From positions 134,106,001-134,170,000 of the forward strand of contig OZ024744.1 in the NCBI GenBank assembly GCA_964016885.1: a stretch of 64,000 nt of DNA, in the 5' to 3' direction. A program made the translations under genes and the position numbers. The notes under the pieces were generated by a model that was not told the DNA's origin, made no database searches, and saw only the letters and a program-made list of their open reading frames with translations. Shown here one piece after another: positions 11,081 through 21,700 of this stretch (the first letter of the stretch is position 1; each line of letters starts with the position of its first letter). The DNA comes from Eledone cirrhosa (taxonomy: Eukaryota).

Positions 11081-13954
11081 TAAGTCGGGGTTAAGTTAAG
11101 TTGGCGTTAAGTTAAGTTAGGCTTAACTTAAGTTGGGGTTCAGTTAAGTTGGGGGTAAGTTAAGTTGGGGGTAAGTTAAGTTGGGGTTAAGTTAAGTTGC
11201 GGTTAAGTTGGGGTTAAGTTAAGTTAGGGTTAAGTTAAGTTGGGGTTGAGTTAAGTTGGGGTTAATTAAGTGCTGGTTATGTTAAGTTGGGGTTAAGTTA
11301 AGTTGGGGTTAATTTAAATTGGGTTTAAGTTAACTTTGTGGTTAAGTTAAGTTGGGGTTAAGTTAAGTTGGGGTTAAGTTGGGGTTGAGTTAAGTTGGGG
11401 TTGAGTGAAGTTGGGGTTAAGTTAAGTTGGGGTTAAGTTAAGTTGGGGTTAAGTTAAGTCGGGTTTAAGTTAAGTTGTGGTTGAGTTAAGTTGGGGTTAA
11501 TTTAAGTTGGGGTTAAGTTAAGTTGGGGTTAAGTTAAGTTGGGGTTAAGTTAAGATGGGGTTAAGTTAAGTTGGGGTTACGTTAAGTTGAGGTTAAGTTA
11601 AGTTGGGGTTAAATTAAGTTGGGGTTAAGTTAAGTTGGGGTTAAGTTAAGTTGGGGTTAAGTTAAGTTGGTGATAAGTTAAGTTGGGGATAATTTAAGTT
11701 GGGGTTAAGTTAAGTTGGGTTTAAGTTAAGTTGGGGTTAAGTTAATTTGTGGTTAAGTTAAGTTGGGGTTAAGTTAAGTTGGGGTTAAGTTAAGTTGGGG
11801 TTAAGTTAAGTCGGGGTTAAGTTAAGTTGGGGTTAAGTTAAGTTGGGGTTAATTTAAGTTGGGGTTAAGTTAAGTTGGGGTTAAGTTAAGTTGGGGTTAA
11901 TTTAAGATGGGGTTAAGTTAAGTTGGGGTTAAGTTAAGTTGAGGTTAAGTTAAGTTGGGGTTAAATTAAGTTGGGGTTAAGTTAAGTTGGGGTTAAGTTA
12001 AGTTGGGGTTAAGTTAAGTTGGGGATAAGTTAAGTTGGGGATAATTTAAGTTGGGGTTAAGTTAAGTTGGGTTTAAGTTAAGTTGGGGTTAAGTTAAGTT
12101 GGAGTTTATTTAAGTTGGGGTTAAGTTAAGTTGGGGTTCAGTTAAGTTGGGGTTAAGTTAAGTTGGGGTTAAGATGGGGTTAAATTAAGTTGGGGTTAAG
12201 TTAAGTTGGGGTTAAGTTAAGTTGGCGTTAAGTTAAGTTGGGGTCAAGTTAAGTTGGGGTTAAGTTGGGGTTAATTTAAGTTAGGTTTAAGTTAAGTTGG
12301 GGTTAAGTTAAGTTGGGGTTAAGTTAAGTTGGGGTTAAGTTAAGTTGGGGTTAAGTTAAGTTGGGGTTAAGTTAATTTGTGGTTAAGTTAAGTTGGGGTT
12401 AAGTTAAGTTGGGGTTAAGTTAAGTTGGGGTTAAGTTAAGTCGGAGTTAATTTAAGTTGGGGTTAAGTTAAGTTGGTGTTAAGTTAAGTTGGGGTTAAGT
12501 TAAGTTGGGGTTAATTAAGTTGGGGTTAAGTTAAGTTGGGGTTAAGTTAAGTTGGGGTTAAGTTAAGTTGGTGTTAAGTTAAGTTGGGGCTAAGTTAAGT
12601 TGGGGCTGAGTTAAGTTGGGGCTGAGTTAAGTTGGGGTTAAGTTAAGTTGGGGTCAAGTTAAGTTGGGGTTAAGTTGGGGTTAAGTTAAGTTAGGTTTAA
12701 GTTAAGATGGGGTTAAGTTAAGTTGGGGTTAAGTTAAGTTGGGGTTAAGTTAAGTTGGGGTTAAGTTAAGTTGGGGTTGAGTTAATTTGTGGTTAAGTTA
12801 AGTTGGGGTTAATTTAAGTTGGGGTTAAGTTAAGTTGGGGTTAAGTTAAGTCGGGGTTAAGTTAAGTTGGGGTTAAGTTAAGTTGGGGTTAAGTTAAGTT
12901 GGGGTTAAGTTAAGTTGGGGTCAAGTTAAGTTGGGGTTAAGTTGGGGTTAAGTTAAGTTAGGTTTAAGTTAAGTTGGGGTTAAGTTAAGTTGGGGTTAAG
13001 TTAAGTTGGGGTTAAGTTAAGTTGGGGTTAAGTTAAGTTGGGGTTAAGTTAATTTGTGGTTAAGTTAAGTTGGGGTTAAGTTAAGTTGGGGTTAAGTTAA
13101 GTTGGGGTTAAGTTAAGTCGGAGTTAATTTAAGTTGGGGTTAAGTTAAGTTGGGCTTAATTTAAGTTGGGGTTAAGTTAAGTTGGGGTTAAGTTAAGTTG
13201 GGGTTAAATTAAGTTGGGGTTAAGTTAAGTTGGGGTTAAGTCAAGTTGGGGTTAAGTTAAGTTGGGGATAAGTTAAGTTGGGGATAATTTAAGTTGGGGT
13301 TAAGTTAAGTTGGGTTTAAGTTAAGTTGGGGTTAAGTTAAGTTGGGGTTAAGTTAAGTTGGGGTTAAGTTAAGTTGGGGTTAAGTTAAGTTGGGGTTAAG
13401 TTAAGTTGGGGCTAAGTTAAGTTGGGGCTGAGTTAAGTTGGGGTTAAGTTAAGTTGGGCTTAATTTAAGTCGGGGTTAAGTTAAGTTAGGGTTCAGTTAA
13501 GTTGGGGTTAAGTTAAGTTGGGGTTGAGTTAAGTTGGGGTGAGTTAAATTGGGGTTGAGTTAAGTTGGGGTTGAGTTAAGTTGGTGTTGAGTTAAGTTGG
13601 GGTTAAGTTAAGTTGGGGTTAAGTTAAGTTGCAGTTAAGTTAAGTTGAGGTTAAGTTAAGGTGCGGTTAAGTTAAGTTGGGGTTAAGTTAAGTTGGGGCT
13701 AAGTTAAGTTGGGGCTAAGTTAAGTTGGGGCTAAGTTAAGTTGGGGTTAAGTTAAGTTGGGGTTAAGTTAAGTCGGGGTTAAGTTAAGTTGGGGTTAAGT
13801 TAAGTTGGGGTTAATTTAAGTTGGGGTTAAGTTAAGTTGGGGTTAAGTTAAGTTGGGGTTAAGTTAAGTTGGGGTTAAGTTAAGTTGGGTTTAAGTTAAG
13901 TTGGGGTTAAGTTAAGTTGGGGTTAAGTTAAGTTGGGGTTAAGTTAAGTTGGGG

Positions 13955-14129
13955 TTAACGCCAACTTAACTTAACCCCAACTTCACTCAACCCCAACGTA
14001 ACTCAACCCCAACTTAACTTAACCCCAACTTCACTCAACCCCAACTTAACTTAACCCCAACTTCACTCAACCCCAACTTCCAACTTGACTTAATCCCAAC
14101 TTAACTTAGCCCCAACTTAACTTAAGCCC
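13955..14129 (-). repeat. Inverted block of the same satellite, copy 2
   Basis: It has the same junctions and content as 10906-11080 at offset 3049. I saw one substitution (A at 10960 vs C at 14009). Confidence 0.97.
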
Positions 14130-15339
14130 TAAGTCGGGGTTAAGTTAAGTTGGCGTTAAGTTAAGTTAGGCTTAACTTAAGTTGGGGTTCAGTTAAGTTG
14201 GGGGTAAGTTAAGTTGGGGGTAAGTTAAGTTGGGGTTAAGTTAAGTTGCGGTTAAGTTGGGGTTAAGTTAAGTTAGGGTTAAGTTAAGTTGGGGTTGAGT
14301 TAAGTTGGGGTTAATTAAGTGCTGGTTATGTTAAGTTGGGGTTAAGTTAAGTTGGGGTTAATTTAAATTGGGTTTAAGTTAACTTTGTGGTTAAGTTAAG
14401 TTGGGGTTAAGTTAAGTTGGGGTTAAGTTGGGGTTGAGTTAAGTTGGGGTTGAGTGAAGTTGGGGTTAAGTTAAGTTGGGGTTAAGTTAAGTTGGGGTTA
14501 AGTTAAGTCGGGTTTAAGTTAAGTTGTGGTTGAGTTAAGTTGGGGTTAATTTAAGTTGGGGTTAAGTTAAGTTGGGGTTAAGTTAAGTTGGGGTTAAGTT
14601 AAGATGGGGTTAAGTTAAGTTGGGGTTACGTTAAGTTGAGGTTAAGTTAAGTTGGGGTTAAATTAAGTTGGGGTTAAGTTAAGTTGGGGTTAAGTTAAGT
14701 TGGGGTTAAGTTAAGTTGGTGATAAGTTAAGTTGGGGATAATTTAAGTTGGGGTTAAGTTAAGTTGGGTTTAAGTTAAGTTGGGGTTAAGTTAATTTGTG
14801 GTTAAGTTAAGTTGGGGTTAAGTTAAGTTGGGGTTAAGTTAAGTTGGGGTTAAGTTAAGTCGGGGTTAAGTTAAGTTGGGGTTAAGTTAAGTTGGGGTTA
14901 ATTTAAGTTGGGGTTAAGTTAAGTTGGGGTTAAGTTAAGTTGGGGTTAATTTAAGATGGGGTTAAGTTAAGTTGGGGTTAAGTTAAGTTGAGGTTAAGTT
15001 AAGTTGGGGTTAAATTAAGTTGGGGTTAAGTTAAGTTGGGGTTAAGTTAAGTTGGTGATAAGTTAAGTTGGGGATAATTTAAGTTGGGGTTAAGTTAAGT
15101 TGGGTTTAACTTAAGTTGGGGTTAAGTTAATTTGTGGTTAAGTTAAGTTGGGGTTAAGTTAAGTTGGGGTTAAGTTAAGTTGGGGTTAAGTTAAGTCGGG
15201 GTTAAGTTAAGTTGGGGTTAAGTTAAGTTGGGGTTAATTTAAGTTGGGGTTAAGTTAAGTTGGGGTTAAGTTAAGTTGGGGTTAATTTAAGATGGGGTTA
15301 AGTTAAGTTGGGGTTAAGTTAAGTTGAGGTTAAGTTAAG

Positions 15340-18300
15340 TTGGGGTTAAATTAAGTTGGGGTTAAGTTAAGTTGGGGTTAAGTTAAGTTGGGGTTAAGTT
15401 AAGTTGGGGATAAGTTAAGTTGGGGATAATTTAAGTTGGGGTTAAGTTAAGTTGGGTTTAAGTTAATTTGGGGTTAAGTTAAGTTGGAGTTTATTTAAGT
15501 TGGGGTTAAGTTAAGTTGGGGTTCAGTTAAGTTGGGGTTAAGTTAAGTTGGGGTTAAGATGGGGTTAAATTAAGTTGGGGTTAAGTTAAGTTGGGGTTAA
15601 TTTAAGTTGGGGTTAAGTTAAGTTGGAGTTTATTTAAGTTGGGGTTAAGTTAAGTTGGGGTTCAGTTAAGTTGGGGTTAAGTTAAGTTGGGGTTAAGATG
15701 GGGTTAAATTAAGTTGGGGTTAAGTTAAGTTGGGGTTAATTTAAGTTGGGGTTAAGTTAAGTTGGGGTTAAGTTAAGTGGGGGTTAAGTTAAGTTGGGGT
15801 TAATTTAAATTGGGGTTAAGTTAACTTTGTGGTTAAGTTAAGTTGGGGTTAAGTTAAGTTGGGGTTAAGTTGGGGTTGAGTTAAGTTGGGGTTGAGTGAA
15901 GTTGGGGTTAAGTTAAGTTGGGGTTAAGTTAAGTTGGGGTTAAGTTAAGTCGGGTTTAAGTTAAGTTGTGGTTGAGTTAAGTTGGGGTTAATTTAAGTTG
16001 GGGTTAAGTTAAGTTGGGGTTAAGTTAAGTTGGGGTTAAGTTAAGATGGGGTTAAGTTAAGTTGGGGTTAAGTTAAGTTGAGGTTAAGTTAAGTTGGGGT
16101 TAAATTAAGTTGGGGTTAAGTTAAGTTGGGGTTAAGTTAAGTTGGGGTTAAGTTAAGTTGGGGATAAGTTAAGTTGGGGATAATTTAAGTTGGGGTTAAG
16201 TTAAGTTGGGTTTAAGTTAAGTTGGGGTTAAGTTAATTTGTGGTTAAGTTAAGTTGGGGTTAAGTTAAGTTGGGGTTAAGTTAAGTTGGGGTTAAGTTAA
16301 GTCGGGGTTAAGTTAAGTTGGGGTTAAGTTAAGTTGGGGTTAATTTAAGTTGGGGTTAAGTTAAGTTGGGGTTAAGTTAAGTTGGGGTTAATTTAAGATG
16401 GGGTTAAGTTAAGTTGGGGTTAAGTTAAGTTGAGGTTAAGTTAAGTTGGGGTTAAATTAAGTTGGGGTTAAGTTAAGTTGGGGTTAAGTTAAGTTGGGGT
16501 TAAGTTAAGTTGGGGATAAGTTAAGTTGGGGATAATTTAAGTTGGGGTTAAGTTAAGTTGGGTTTAAGTTAAGTTGGGGTTAAGTTAAGTTGGAGTTTAT
16601 TTAAGTTGGGGTTAAGTTAAGTTGGGGTTCAGTTAAGTTGGGGTTAAGTTAAGTTGGGGTTAAGATGGGGTTAAATTAAGTTGGGGTTAAGTTAAGTTGG
16701 GGTTAATTTAAGTTGGGGTTAAGTTAAGTTGGGGTTAAGTTAAGTGGGGGTTAAGTTAAGTCGGGGTTAAGTTAAGTTAGGGTTCAGTTAAGTTGGGGTT
16801 AAGTTAAGTTGGGGTTGAGTTAGGTTGGGGTTGAGTTAAATTGGGGTTGAGTTAAGTTGGGGTTGAGTTAGGTTGGGGTTGAGTTAAATTGGGGTTGAGT
16901 TAAGTTGGGGTTGAGTTAAGTTGGTGTTGAGTTAAGTTGGGGTTAAGTTAAGTTGGGGTTAAGTTAATTTGTGGTTAAGTTGGGGTTAAGTTAAGTTGGG
17001 GTTAAGTTAAGTTGGGGTTAAGTTAAGTCGGGGTTAAGTTAAGTTGGGGTTGAGTTAAGTTGGGGTTAAATTAAGTTGGGGTTAAGTTAAGTTGGGGTTA
17101 AGTTAAGTTGGGGTTAAGTTAAGTTGGGGATAAGTTAAGTTGGGGATAATTTAAGTTGGGGTTAAGTTAAGTTGGGTTTAAGTTAAGTTGGGGTTAAGTT
17201 AAGTTGGAGTTTATTTAAGTTGGGGTTAAGTTAAGTTGGGGTTCAGTTAAGTTGGGGTTAAGTTAAGTTGGGGTTAAGATGGGGTTAAATTAAGTTGGGG
17301 TTAAGTTAAGTTGGGGTTAATTTAAGTTGGGGTTAAGTTAAGTTGGAGTTTATTTAAGTTGGGGTTAAGTTAAGTTGGGGTTCAGTTAAGTTGGGGTTAA
17401 GTTAAGTTGGGGTTAAGATGGGGTTAAATTAAGTTGGGGTTAAGTTAAGTTGGGGTTAATTTAAGTTGGGGTTAAGTTAAGTTGGGGTTAAGTTAAGTGG
17501 GGGTTAAGTTAAGTTGGGGTTAATTTAAATTGGGGTTAAGTTAACTTTGTGGTTAAGTTAAGTTGGGGTTAAGTTAAGTTGGGGTTAAGTTGGGGTTGAG
17601 TTAAGTTGGGGTTGAGTGAAGTTGGGGTTAAGTTAAGTTGGGGTTAAGTTAAGTTGGGGTTAAGTTAAGTCGGGTTTAAGTTAACTTGTGGTTGAGTTAA
17701 GTTGGGGTTAATTTAAGTTGGGGTTAAGTTAAGTTGGGGTTAAGTTAAGTTGGGGTTAAGTTAAGATGGGGTTAAGTTAAGTTGGGGTTAAGTTAAGTTG
17801 AGGTTAAGTTAAGTTGGGGTTAAATTAAGTTGGGGTTAAGTTAAGTTGGGGTTAAGTTAAGTTGGGGTTAAGTTAAGTTGGGGATAAGTTAAGTTGGGCA
17901 TAATTTAAGTTGGGGTTAAGTTAAGTTGGGTTTAAGTTAAGTTGGGGTTAAGTTAATTTGTGGTTAAGTTAAGTTGGGGTTAAGTTAAGTTGGGGTTAAG
18001 TTAAGTTGGGGTTAAGTTAAGTCGGGGTTAAGTTAAGTTGGGGTTAAGTTAAGTTGGGGTTAATTTAAGTTGGGGTTAAGTTAAGTTGGGGTTAAGTTAA
18101 GTTGGGGTTAATTTAAGATGGGGTTAAGTTAAGTTGGGGTTAAGTTAAGTTGAGGTTAAGTTAAGTTGGGGTTAAATTAAGTTGGGGTTAAGTTAAGTTG
18201 GGGTTAAGTTAAGTTGGGGTTAAGTTAAGTTGGGGATAAGTTAAGTTGGGGATAATTTAAGTTGGGGTTAAGTTAAGTTGGGTTTAAGTTAAGTTGGGGT

Positions 18301-18780
18301 TAAGTTAAGTTGGAGTTTATTTAAGTTGGGGTTAAGTTAAGTTGGGGTTCAGTTAAGTTGGGGTTAAGTTAAGTTGGGGTTAAGATGGGGTTAAATTAAG
18401 TTGGGGTTAAGTTAAGTTGGGGTTAATTTAAGTTGGGGTTAAGTTAAGTTGGGGTTAAGTTAAGTGGGGGTTAAGTTAAGTCGGGGTTAAGTTAAGTTAG
18501 GGTTCAGTTAAGTTGGGGTTAAGTTAAGTTGGGGTTGAGTTAGGTTGGGGTTGAGTTAAATTGGGGTTGAGTTAAGTTGGGGTTGAGTTAGGTTGGGGTT
18601 GAGTTAAATTGGGGTTGAGTTAAGTTGGGGTTGAGTTAAGTTGGTGTTGAGTTAAGTTGGGGTTAAGTTAAGTTGGGGTTAAGTTAATTTGTGGTTAAGT
18701 TGGGGTTAAGTTAAGTTGGGGTTAAGTTAAGTTGGGGTTAAGTTAAGTCGGGGTTAAGTTAAGTTGGGGTTGAGTTAAGT
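15340..18780 (+). repeat. 1720-bp tandem duplication
   Basis: The offset is 1720 for TAAGTGGGGG (15779/17499 and 16746/18466), GTTGAGTGAA (15891/17611) and the TTGAGTTAGG run (~16815/18535). Confidence 0.88.
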
Positions 18781-21700
18781 TGGGGTTAATTTAAGTTGGG
18801 GTTAAGTTAAGTTGGGGTTAAGTTAAGTTGGGGTTAAGTTAAGTTGAGGTTAAGTTAAGTTGGGGTTAAATTAAGTTGGGGTTAAGTTAAGTTGGGGTTA
18901 AGTTAAGTTGGGGTTAAGTTAAGTTGGGGATAAGTTAAGTTGGGGATAATTTAAGTTGGGGTTAAGTTAAGTTGGGTTTAAGTTAAGTTGGGGTTAAGTT
19001 AAGTTGGGGATAAGTTAAGTTGGGGTTATGTTAAGTTGGGGTTAAGTTAAGTTGGGGTTAAGTTAAGTTGGGGCTAAGTTAAGTTGGGGCTGAGTTAAGT
19101 TGGGGTTAAGTTAAGTTGGGGTTAAGTTAAGTTGGGGTTAATTTAAGTTGGGGTTTATTTAAGTTGGGGTTACGTTAAGTTGGTGTTAAGTTAAGTTGGG
19201 GTTAATTTAAGTTGGGGTTAATTAAGTTGGGGTTAAGTTAAGTTGGGGTTAAGTTAAGTTGGGGTTAATTTAAGTTGGGGTTGAGTTAAGTTGGGGTTAA
19301 GTTAAGTTGGGGTTATATTAAGTTGGGGTTAAGTTAAGTTGGGGTTCAGTTAAGTTGGGTATAAGTTAAGTTGGGGTTAAGTTAAGTTGGGGTTAAGTTA
19401 AGTTGGGGTTAAGTTAAGTTGGTGTTAAGTTAAGTTGGGGCTAAGTTAAATTGGGGCTGAGTTAAGTTGGGGCTGAGTTAAGTTGGGGTTAAGTTAAGTT
19501 GGGGTCAAGTTAAGTTGGGGTTAAGTTGGGGTTAAGTTAAGTTAGGTTTAAGTTAAGATGGGGTTAAGTTAAGTTGGGGTTAAGTTAAGTTGGGGTTAAG
19601 TTAAGTCGGGGTTAAGTTAAGTTGGGGTTAAGTTAAGTTGGGGTTAATTTAAGTTGGGGTTAAGTTAAGTTGGGGTCAACTTAAGTTGGGGTTAAGTTGG
19701 GGTTAAGTTAATTTGTGGTTAAGTTAAGTTGGGGTTAAGTTAAGTTGGGGTTAAGTTAAGTTGGGGTTAAGTTAAGTCGGGGTTAAGTTAAGTTGGGGTT
19801 AAGTTAAGTTGGGGTGAATTTAAGTTGGGGTTAAGTTAAGTTGGGGTCAAGTTAAGTTGGGGTTAAGTTGGGGTTAAGTTAAGTTAGGTTTAAGTTAAGT
19901 TGGGGTTAAGTTAAGTTGGGGTTAAGTTAAGTTGGGGTTAAGTTAAGTTGGGGTTAAGTTAAGTTGGGGTTAAGTTAAGTTGAGGTTAAGTTAAGTTGGG
20001 GTTAAATTAAGTTGGGGTTAAGTTAAGTTGGGGTTAAGTTAAGTTGGGGTTAAGTTAAGTTGGGGATAAGTTAAGTTGGGGATAATTTAAGTTGGGGTTA
20101 AGTTAAGTTGGGGTTAAATTAAGTTGGGGTTAAGTTAAGTTGGGGTTAAGTTAAGTTGGGGTTAAGTTAAGTTGGGGATAAGTTAAGTTGGGGATAATTT
20201 AAGTTGGGGTTAAGTTAAGTTGGGTTTAAGTTAAGTTGGGGTTAAGTTAAGTTGGGGATAAGTTAAGTTGGGGTTAAGTTAAGTTGGGGTTAAGTTAAGT
20301 TGGGGCTAAGTTAAGTTGGGGATAAGTTAAGTTGGGGTTAAGTTAAGTTGAGGTTAAGTTAAGTTGGGGTTAAATTAAGTTGGGGTTAAGTTAAGTTGGG
20401 GTTAAGTTAAGTTGGGGTTACGTTAAGTTGGGGATAAGTTAAGTTGGGGATAATTTAAGTTGGGGTTAAGTTAAGTTGGGTTTAAGTTAAGTTGGGGTTA
20501 AGTTAAGTTGGGGATAAGTTAAGTTGGGGTTAAGTTAAGTTGGGGTTAAGTTAAGTTGGGGTTAAGTTAAGTTGGGGCTAATTTAAGTTGGGGCTGAGTT
20601 AAGTTGGGGTTAAGTTAAGTTGGGGTTAATTTAAGTTGGGGTTTATTTAAGTTGGGGTTACGTTAAGTTGGTGTTAAGTTAAGTTGGGGTTAATTTAAGT
20701 TGGGGTTAATTAAGATGGGGTTAAGTTAAGTTGGGGTTAAGTTAAGTTGGGGTTAATTTAAGTTGGGGTTGAGTTAAGTTGGGGTTAAGTTAAGTTGGGG
20801 TTATATTAAGTTGGGGTTAAGTTAAGTTGGGGTTCAGTTAAGTTGGGTATAAGTTAAGTTGGGGTTAAGTTAAGTTGGGGTTAAGTTAAGTTGGGGTTAA
20901 GTTAAGTTGGTGTTAAGTTAAGTTGGGGCTAAGTTAAATTGGGGCTGAGTTAAGTTGGGGCTGAGTTAAGTTGGGGTTAAGTTAAGTTGGGGTCAAGTTA
21001 AGTTGGGGTTAAGTTGGGGTTAAGTTAAGTTAGGTTTAAGTTAAGATGGGGTTAAGTTAAGTTGGGGTTAAGTTAAGTTGGGGTTAAGTTAAGTCGGGGT
21101 TAAGTTAAGTTGGGGTTAAGTTAAGTTGGGGTTAATTTAAGTTGGGGTTAAGTTAAGTTGGGGTCAACTTAAGTTGGGGTTAAGTTGGGGTTAAGTTAAG
21201 TTAGGTTTAAGTTAAATTGGGGTTAAGTTAAGTTGGGGTTAAGTTAAGTTGGGGTTAAGTTAAGTTGGAGTTAAGTTAATTTGTGGTTAAGTTAAGTTGG
21301 GATTAAGTTAAGTTGGGGTTAAGTTAAGTTGGGGTTAAGTTAAGTCGGGGTTAAGTTAAGTTGGGGTTAAGTTAAGTTGGGGTTAATTTAAGTTGGGGTT
21401 AAGTTAAGTTGGGGTTAAGTTAAGTTGGGGTTAAATTAAGTTGGGGTTAAGTTAAGTTGGGGTTAAGTCAAGTTGGGGTTAAGTTAAGTTGGGGATAAGT
21501 TAAGTTGGGGATAATTTAAGTTGGGGTTAAGTTAAGTTGGGTTTAAGTTAAGTTGGGGTTAAGTTAAGTTGGGGTTAAGTTAAGTTGGGGTTAAGTTAAG
21601 TTGGGGTTAAGTTAAGTTGGGGTTAAGTTAAGTTGAGGTTAAGTTAAGTTGGGGTTAAATTAAGTTGGGGTTAAGTTAAGTTGGGGTTAAGTTAAGTTGG

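Larger units (their letters stand above)
9140..15050 (+). repeat. 3049-bp tandem duplication (about 9140-12188 and 12189-15050+) carrying the inversion
   Basis: The offset is a constant 3049 for GGCG (9175/12224), GCAG (10582/13631), GCGG (10614/13663), the inversion start (10910/13959) and the inversion end (11080/14129). Confidence 0.92.

Noticed and set aside
10906-11110. piggyBac-type or MITE insertion (TTAA at both ends of a 24-bp inverted repeat)
   Set aside because: The inverted repeat and the interior are entirely satellite sequence. TTAA occurs twice per monomer, so a TTAA boundary is expected by chance, and there is no transposase or foreign DNA.
10906-14129. Telomere-telomere fusion point
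   Set aside because: A fusion gives one lasting switch of strand orientation. Here the orientation reverts after ~175 bp and the event is duplicated.
10906-14129. Programmed invertible switch (site-specific recombinase / phase variation)
   Set aside because: There is no recombinase, promoter or gene nearby. Both copies have the same orientation and the right junction is out of register, unlike a clean recombinase product.
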